The notes beneath the pieces are model-generated. The model was not told the origin of the DNA. It did no database searches and saw only the letters and a program-made list of their open reading frames with translations. Source: an uncultured Spirochaetota bacterium (GTDB lineage: Bacteria > Spirochaetota > Spirochaetia > SZUA-6 > Fen-1364). Taken from it: 64,000 bases of DNA. Shown here one piece after another: positions 58,563-64,000 of this stretch; position 1 is the stretch's first letter, and the number at the start of each line of letters is the position of its first letter. The stretch covers positions 430,527 through 494,526 of the forward strand of contig CAVTHO010000006.1 of NCBI GenBank assembly GCA_963734545.1, given 5' to 3'. The position numbers were made by a program, and so were the translations under genes.

Positions 58563-61500
58563 CCACGAGCACCTTCCGCATCTCGTCGAATCCCGGGCCC
58601 ACCACGCGAATGAAGTAGATGCCCCGGGCCACGATCCTGCCGCCGCGGTTCTTCCCGTCCCAGCCAGTGGTGTATTCGCCCGCATTCTGGGTCCCGCTTG
58701 CAAGCACGTTCACGATATCGCCGCTCAGGTTGAAGACTGTAATCGAGATCTTGCCCTTGCTGGGCATCACGTAGTGCAGGTACGCGACCTCGCCGTTGGC
58801 CGGACGGATCACGTTGTTCGAGATCGTCACCTGGCCGCGCTGCTCGATGATCGAGTGGTAGGAGTACTCGAATGGCCTGACATTGCCGGGGTTGTTGGGA
58901 TCAGCCGGGAACGCCAGGGGCAGGCGGTTGGCGCCGCTTGTAAGAACGAACATGAACTGCAGGAGGGCCCCGTCCTTGACCTCTGAGTCGCTGCTGGGAA
59001 TGACGTAGTCACGGAGAGCACCGTTTACTGTCCCGAGTCCTGACGTGCGCGCCTGGGGATTGCCGGCGCGAACGAGGTCTCCATGCGCGCGGTCTCCGCC
59101 GGTGTTGGCGGGCCAGAGCGTGGTTGCCGTGGTCGGGACCCACAGGTTGTTGAAATCGTGATCGGCGGGCGGGTTCACGTCCCAGAACAGCTCGAGGGAC
59201 GTGGTGGCGTTGTCGAGACCGGTCGCCGCCGGCAGGATCCGCGCCTCCAGGAGGACGTCCTGCGGCAGGAGCCAATGCGTGCCGTCGAAGCTGGTGACCA
59301 TGCCGACCCCGCCCCGCGCGGGATCGCGCTGCACGTTGCGGTTCAGCGCGAAGACCGGCGTGACGAAGCCCAGCCCCACATCGGTGATATTGTGCGCCGG
59401 AGCGGCGGGAGTGGAGCCGACGGTGAGCATCGCCTTTCCGCTGTACGGCGGGCCTGCCAGCGCACTTGCGGGAAGGAATGTATCGTGGGTGGTTGCATGG
59501 AGGTAGACCGGAGCTCCGGGATCACCAGGGAAGTTCGTGGCAACAGGAGCGCCGGAGGACGGATAGGCGAACGAGTTGGGATACCGCTGGTCCCAGACCT
59601 GGTTGACGACAGCCCGTATAGTCTGCGGGGCGGGGAAGATGTCGGCAGCGGTAAGCGCCGCGGGCAGTGTCACAACCGCGGCACGCGCGCCATTGCCCGT
59701 CATCTCCACGGGCTGCACCGTGATTGCACCGCCCGAGTACGAGAGGCTCGCGGAGCCTATCGCGGTGGTACCCGCGGGGTCTCCGTAGACGAGCTCGGAG
59801 AAATGCACATATGCCCTGGTCGAGCCGAGCGCTGCCAGCGTGTAGGTAATGACCGGTCGGGCGCCATCAGCCGATTTGTACATCTTTGTCGGACTGGGGT
59901 CGACAAGGGCGCCGCCCACCACGCCGAACAGCGTGCCTGTATTGCCCGCCACGTGCCATGTCGGTGTCGCGCTCGTATCCTCCTGCGTTCCTTCAGGCAG
60001 CAGGATATCGAAGACGTCGGTACGCGTCGGGGGCACCGGGTTGAGGACGGCAGCGAACCCGCCCGCTCCGGAAATCGTCCCATACCCGTCCACTGCCACT
60101 GAGAATCCGCTGAAGTCGTTGCTGAGCTGCGTGCCGGTCTGGACCTGGACCCTGATCCTGTCGATCCTGCCATTGTTGTTCGTGTCCATCGTCCAGCTCG
60201 CAATGATCTTGATGAAGAAGTTCCAGTTGAAGTTGTTCCCGTTGTCGACGGAGCCGGGCCCGGGGGTGATGGTAACGGTCGCATAACTGTAGGTGACTGC
60301 CACGAAGTCGATAGTCTGCGCAACCGCGGAGTTGTTCGTGATGATCCACTGGCCTTCGAGGCCCGGGGGCGGCGAAGCGTGGGCGGTCGCATTGAAAAGA
60401 TCAGTCTGCAGAATGATGAGCTGTCCGGCAGCACCCACCACATTGAAATTGCCGCCGGCATTGATGGTCTGTGTCTGCAAGTGCTCGAACGTAAATGTCG
60501 TCGCGGGTGTCGTGCAGGTGAATTTGTACCAACTGTTGTCACCTTTGATCAGGATCGAAGTGGAGGCAGGGACAAATACGACCTCTCCCGTTCCCGGGTC
60601 AAAGGCGCTCACCTGCGCCGGAGGCCTGTTCCCGTCGTTGTCCCAGAGCGATCCTTTCATGGTGATCACATTGCTTCCCGCGTGCAGCGTGCCGTGCAGG
60701 ATTCTCAGGTTGTTGCGTATCATGATGTCATTCGAAATCGACACGTCGAACGCCGTGGTCGTGCCTTTGTCGATCGTGAGATTGTAGAATGTATCAACCG
60801 TGGGCGCGGCAATCGTCACCGGAGTCGTCGTGCCGTTCATGACGACCGTACCGGTGAACGTGGTGGAGAAGGTCGTGACGTTGAAATTGCCCCCCACGCT
60901 GATCGTCTCGGCGGCTGTCGGTGTGAGTGTCGTTCCCACCGCCGTGAGATTCCCTCCCACGGTCAGGTCATGCCCGTTCAGAGTCAGGGTGCCCGCCGAG
61001 ATGAGCAAATTGTTCGTTGCCTCCACCGCCGTCGTCAGGCTTCCGCCGTTGCCCAGCGTAAGTCGGTAGAAGGGGTCCGTCCCGATGCCCTTTGTCGTGA
61101 TGGTCGGAGTGGCGGTCGGGCTGAGAAATACAGTAGAGGTATTCGCGGAGAACGCGAAGTTGACCCCACCCGCCGCGGAATCCCAGTTTCCGGCTATTGT
61201 GTGGGTGAAGGAGCCCGCCTGCCAGGTGCCTCGTGTCAGGGTCAGCAGGTTCGTGACAGTCCACCCTCCTGTTGAGGTCACCGTGTTGGCGAGCGCGTTC
61301 TTGTTGATTGTGAGATCGTAGAAAATAGTTACGCCCACAGAGGCCGGCGCGGCACCCGTGAACACCACCAATCCATTGTTGTGCGTAAAGGTGGCTGCAA
61401 TGTCCATGTCACTGCCGACATTCAGTGTGCCCGCGGGGGCCGAGAGGTTTGCAAGCGTCGTGCCGGGGGTGCCCACGTAGCCTCCCACCGCCAGCACGTG

Positions 61501-64000
61501 CCCGACCCCCGTGATGGCCGATGCGTTCAGCGTGCCTGAGCCGCTGACGTTGCCCGTCACTGTCTGGGTGACCGCGTTGTCTGCCAGCGTCAGGGTGCCG
61601 GTGTTCACCGTGAGGTTGTTGCCCACGCTCAGGGCAATACCCGTGTTGTAGGTGGTGGTGCCACCCGTGCTCTTGCCCAGGTTGTAGAAGGCCGTGGAGG
61701 AGTAGATGGTGCCTGTGCCCGTGAAGACCACGGTGCCGTTGTTGGAGGTGAAGGTGGTCACGTTCCAGTTGGTGCCCACGTTCAGGATGCCTGCGGGAGC
61801 CGAGAGGGTGGCAAGCGGGGTGCCGGTGGTACCCACGTAGGTGCCCACACTCAAGCTGTTGGCCCCCGTGATGGCCGAGGCGTTCAGCGTGCCTGAGCCG
61901 CTGACGCTGCCCGTCACTGTCTGGGTGACCGCGTTGTCTGCCAGCGTCAGGGTGCCAGTGTTCACCGTGAGGTTGTTGCCCACGCTCAGGGCGGCACCCG
62001 TGTTGTAGGTGGTGGTGCCCCCCGTGCTCTTGGTCAGGTTGTAGAAGGCCGTGGAGGAGTAGATGGTGCCTGTGCCCGTGAAGACCACGGTGCCGTTGTT
62101 GGAGGTGAAGGTGGTCACGTTCCAGTTGGTGCCCACGCTCAGGGTGCCTGCGGGAGCCGAGAGGGTGGCAAGCGGGGTGCCGGTGGTACCCACGTAGGTG
62201 CCCACACTCAGGGTGTTGCCCGCCAGCACCCCGGATGCGTTCAGGGTGCCTGAGCCGCTGACGTTGCCCGTCACTGTCTGGGTGCCCGCGATGTTAACAA
62301 GCGTCAGGGTGCCAGTGTTCACCGTGAGGTTGTTGCCCACGCTCAGGGCAATACCCGTGTTGTAGGTGGTGGTGCCCCCCGTGCTCTTGCCCAGGTTGTA
62401 GAAGGCCGTGGAGGAGTAGATGGTGCCTGTGCCCGTGAAGACCACGGTGCCGTTGTTGGAGGTGAAGGTGGTCACGTTCCAGTTGGTGCCCACGCTCAGC
62501 GTGCCTGCGGGAGCCGAGAGGGTGGCAAGCGGGGTGCCGGTGGTACCCACGTAGGTGCCCACGCTCAGGGTGTTGCCCGCCAGCACCCCGGATGCGTTCA
62601 GCGTGCCTGAGCCGCTGACGTTGCCCGTCACTGTCTGGGTGCCCGCGATGTCAACCAGCGTCAGGGTGCCTGTGTTCACCGTGAGGTTGTTGCCCACGCT
62701 CAGGGCAATACCCGTGTTGTAGGTGGTGGTGCCACCCGTGCTCTTGGTCATGTTGTAGAAGGCCGTGGAGGAGTAGATGGTGCCTGTGCCCGTGAAGACC
62801 ACGGTGCCGTTGTTGGAGGTGAAGGTGGTCACGTTCCAGTTGGTGCCCACGCTCAGGGTGCCTGCGGGAGCCGAGAGGGTGGCAAGCGGGGTGCCGGTGG
62901 TACCCACGTAGGTGCCCACACTCAGGCTGTTGCCCGCCAGCACCCCGGATGCGTTCAGGGTGCCTGAGCCGCTGACGTTGCCCGTCACTGTCTGGGTGCC
63001 CGCGATGTTAACAAGCGTCAGGGTGCCTGTGTTCACCGTGAGGTTGTTGCCCACGCTCAGGGCGGCACCCGTGTTGTAGGTGGTGGTGCCCCCCGTGCTC
63101 TTGGTCAGGTTGTAGAAGGCCGTGGAGGAGTAGATGGTGCCTGTGCCCGTGAAGGTCACTGTGTCGAGGTTTGTCGTGTAGCTGGTCACGTTCCAGTCGT
63201 TCGCCACGGAGATTGCGTTCGCTCCTGCGGGTGCCTTCAGTGTTGCCAATGCGTTTCCGCCGCCTGTCGTGCCCATGCTTCCCGCAGAGACGGCAGGGCT
63301 ACCGGTCGCGCTGGTGGCATCAAGCGTGCCGCCACCATGAACGAGGGCAGTGACAGAAAGACTATTGGCTCCCGTCGTAAGGGTCGCAAGGGACTGAATG
63401 AACAGGTCGTTGGAGGCAGATATGTTCGAGCTCTGGCTGGCAGCAGTCGCGCTCGCTCCACTACCTACCGTAAAGTTGTAGAAATGATTCGTCGCTTTTG
63501 AAAGAATCGTCGCAGCGCCCACACGCCCCAATTGAACTGTGCCTCCGGTCGGCGTGAATGTCACGTTCGCGGCGCTGTCGTCCCAGGATGCGCCGTTGAA
63601 GAAGATGGTGTTTCCCGTTGCGTTCACAGGGTTCAAAGTCCCGGACGTCAATGTCAGCGCATTCGTGATTGTCCAATTGTTGCTTGCCCCGGGGTTCCCC
63701 GGCTGAAGGATCGCGGCCGGCGGCTTGTTCATGGTCAGGTTGAAGAAGGTTGCCGCATATACGATCTGGGGTCCCGGCCCATCGAACATCACGGTTCCAT
63801 TGTTGTGCGTAAAGCTCGTTGCTATGTCGAAGTCACCGCCCACGTTCAGCGTGCCTGCCGGAGCGGAAAGGTTTGCAAGCGTCGTCCCAGAGGTTCCTAC
63901 ATTGCCTCCTACATCCAGCACATGGCCGACCCCCGTGATGGCCGATGCGTTCAGCGTGCCTGAGCCGCTGACATTTCCGGTCACCGTCTGGGTGCCCACG
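58555..64000 (-). CDS. Giant Thr/Gly/Asn-rich beta-strand repeat surface protein with C-terminal FlgD-Ig (T9SS-CTD-like) domain; 5' end outside window
   Basis: More than 1800 codons open; beta-helix-like repeats; DTNNNGRID motif; ends VFNLSGDIV.VL...AGEY...WDGKNRGGRIVARGIYFIRV......RKVLVVR. Confidence 0.88.
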   Translation of the reverse strand, partial: VGTQTVTGNVSGSGTLNASAITGVGHVLDVGGNVGTSGTTLANLSAPAGTLNVGGDFDIATSFTHNNGTVMFDGPGPQIVYAATFFNLTMNKPPAAILQPGNPGASNNWTITNALTLTSGTLNPVNATGNTIFFNGASWDDSAANVTFTPTGGTVQLGRVGAATILSKATNHFYNFTVGSGASATAASQSSNISASNDLFIQSLATLTTGANSLSVTALVHGGGTLDATSATGSPAVSAGSMGTTGGGNALATLKAPAGANAISVANDWNVTSYTTNLDTVTFTGTGTIYSSTAFYNLTKSTGGTTTYNTGAALSVGNNLTVNTGTLTLVNIAGTQTVTGNVSGSGTLNASGVLAGNSLSVGTYVGTTGTPLATLSAPAGTLSVGTNWNVTTFTSNNGTVVFTGTGTIYSSTAFYNMTKSTGGTTTYNTGIALSVGNNLTVNTGTLTLVDIAGTQTVTGNVSGSGTLNASGVLAGNTLSVGTYVGTTGTPLATLSAPAGTLSVGTNWNVTTFTSNNGTVVFTGTGTIYSSTAFYNLGKSTGGTTTYNTGIALSVGNNLTVNTGTLTLVNIAGTQTVTGNVSGSGTLNASGVLAGNTLSVGTYVGTTGTPLATLSAPAGTLSVGTNWNVTTFTSNNGTVVFTGTGTIYSSTAFYNLTKSTGGTTTYNTGAALSVGNNLTVNTGTLTLADNAVTQTVTGSVSGSGTLNASAITGANSLSVGTYVGTTGTPLATLSAPAGILNVGTNWNVTTFTSNNGTVVFTGTGTIYSSTAFYNLGKSTGGTTTYNTGIALSVGNNLTVNTGTLTLADNAVTQTVTGNVSGSGTLNASAITGVGHVLAVGGYVGTPGTTLANLSAPAGTLNVGSDMDIAATFTHNNGLVVFTGAAPASVGVTIFYDLTINKNALANTVTSTGGWTVTNLLTLTRGTWQAGSFTHTIAGNWDSAAGGVNFAFSANTSTVFLSPTATPTITTKGIGTDPFYRLTLGNGGSLTTAVEATNNLLISAGTLTLNGHDLTVGGNLTAVGTTLTPTAAETISVGGNFNVTTFSTTFTGTVVMNGTTTPVTIAAPTVDTFYNLTIDKGTTTAFDVSISNDIMIRNNLRILHGTLHAGSNVITMKGSLWDNDGNRPPAQVSAFDPGTGEVVFVPASTSILIKGDNSWYKFTCTTPATTFTFEHLQTQTINAGGNFNVVGAAGQLIILQTDLFNATAHASPPPGLEGQWIITNNSAVAQTIDFVAVTYSYATVTITPGPGSVDNGNNFNWNFFIKIIASWTMDTNNNGRIDRIRVQVQTGTQLSNDFSGFSVAVDGYGTISGAGGFAAVLNPVPPTRTDVFDILLPEGTQEDTSATPTWHVAGNTGTLFGVVGGALVDPSPTKMYKSADGARPVITYTLAALGSTRAYVHFSELVYGDPAGTTAIGSASLSYSGGAITVQPVEMTGNGARAAVVTLPAALTAADIFPAPQTIRAVVNQVWDQRYPNSFAYPSSGAPVATNFPGDPGAPVYLHATTHDTFLPASALAGPPYSGKAMLTVGSTPAAPAHNITDVGLGFVTPVFALNRNVQRDPARGGVGMVTSFDGTHWLLPQDVLLEARILPAATGLDNATTSLELFWDVNPPADHDFNNLWVPTTATTLWPANTGGDRAHGDLVRAGNPQARTSGLGTVNGALRDYVIPSSDSEVKDGALLQFMFVLTSGANRLPLAFPADPNNPGNVRPFEYSYHSIIEQRGQVTISNNVIRPANGEVAYLHYVMPSKGKISITVFNLSGDIVNVLASGTQNAGEYTTGWDGKNRGGRIVARGIYFIRVVGPGFDEMRKVLVVR
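61440..63153. repeat. About 4.8 near-identical 357-bp (119-aa) intragenic tandem repeats
   Basis: Anchor GTAGAAGGCCGTGGAGGAGTAGATGG at 61684, 62041, 62398, 62755 and 63112 (exact 357 spacing); a diverged partial copy at about 63830-64000. Confidence 0.95.

Noticed and set aside
61440-63153. Diversity-generating retroelement TR/VR pair
   Set aside because: Differences are block-like rather than adenine-specific, the repeats are tandem within one CDS, and no reverse transcriptase is in the window.
1-64000. tRNA/rRNA genes, prophage, IS or integron
   Set aside because: No cloverleaf, rRNA, integrase, transposase or attC pattern recognised by eye; a tRNAscan/Rfam/ISEScan run would be needed to exclude them formally.

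Overview
GC-rich bacterial chromosomal window, probably from a free-living spirochaete. That is an inference from the style of the sugar-binding-protein leader and the giant FlgD-Ig-tailed protein; there is no marker gene. It holds about 48 protein-coding genes and no rRNA, tRNA, CRISPR array, integrase or transposase that I can support. Main blocks in order: a ROK-regulated cellodextrin locus (GH3 lipoprotein, ABC importer, GH94 cellobiose phosphorylase); a four-gene glycolipid-like operon; an AlkZ-like glycosylase; a class III aminotransferase-SCP2-APC operon; creD; an FTR1-ygbA-SDR operon with an Rrf2/IscR-like operator; MocR/DUF2917; SNF2-SWIM; an mhqD/mhqO-like pair; a mocA-FecBCD-type ABC-DtxR operon divergent from adenosine deaminase; a VIT-VWA plus VWA pair; an arabinose-type cluster using a FucI-family isomerase; lctP; an MCP; a hybrid kinase; and the 3' part of a giant repeat protein with a T9SS-CTD-like FlgD-Ig tail. 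About six or seven genes carry apparent single-base frameshifts, most likely long-read errors. The most unusual signals are: (1) an identical 21-bp hairpin (mRNA loop CAGGA) just inside the start of two unrelated genes, in different frames, plus other short hairpin repeats at gene edges; (2) several apparently leaderless genes; (3) mosaic 357-bp repeats in the giant protein and its possible secretion tail. All calls come from reading motifs by eye; no database search was run.
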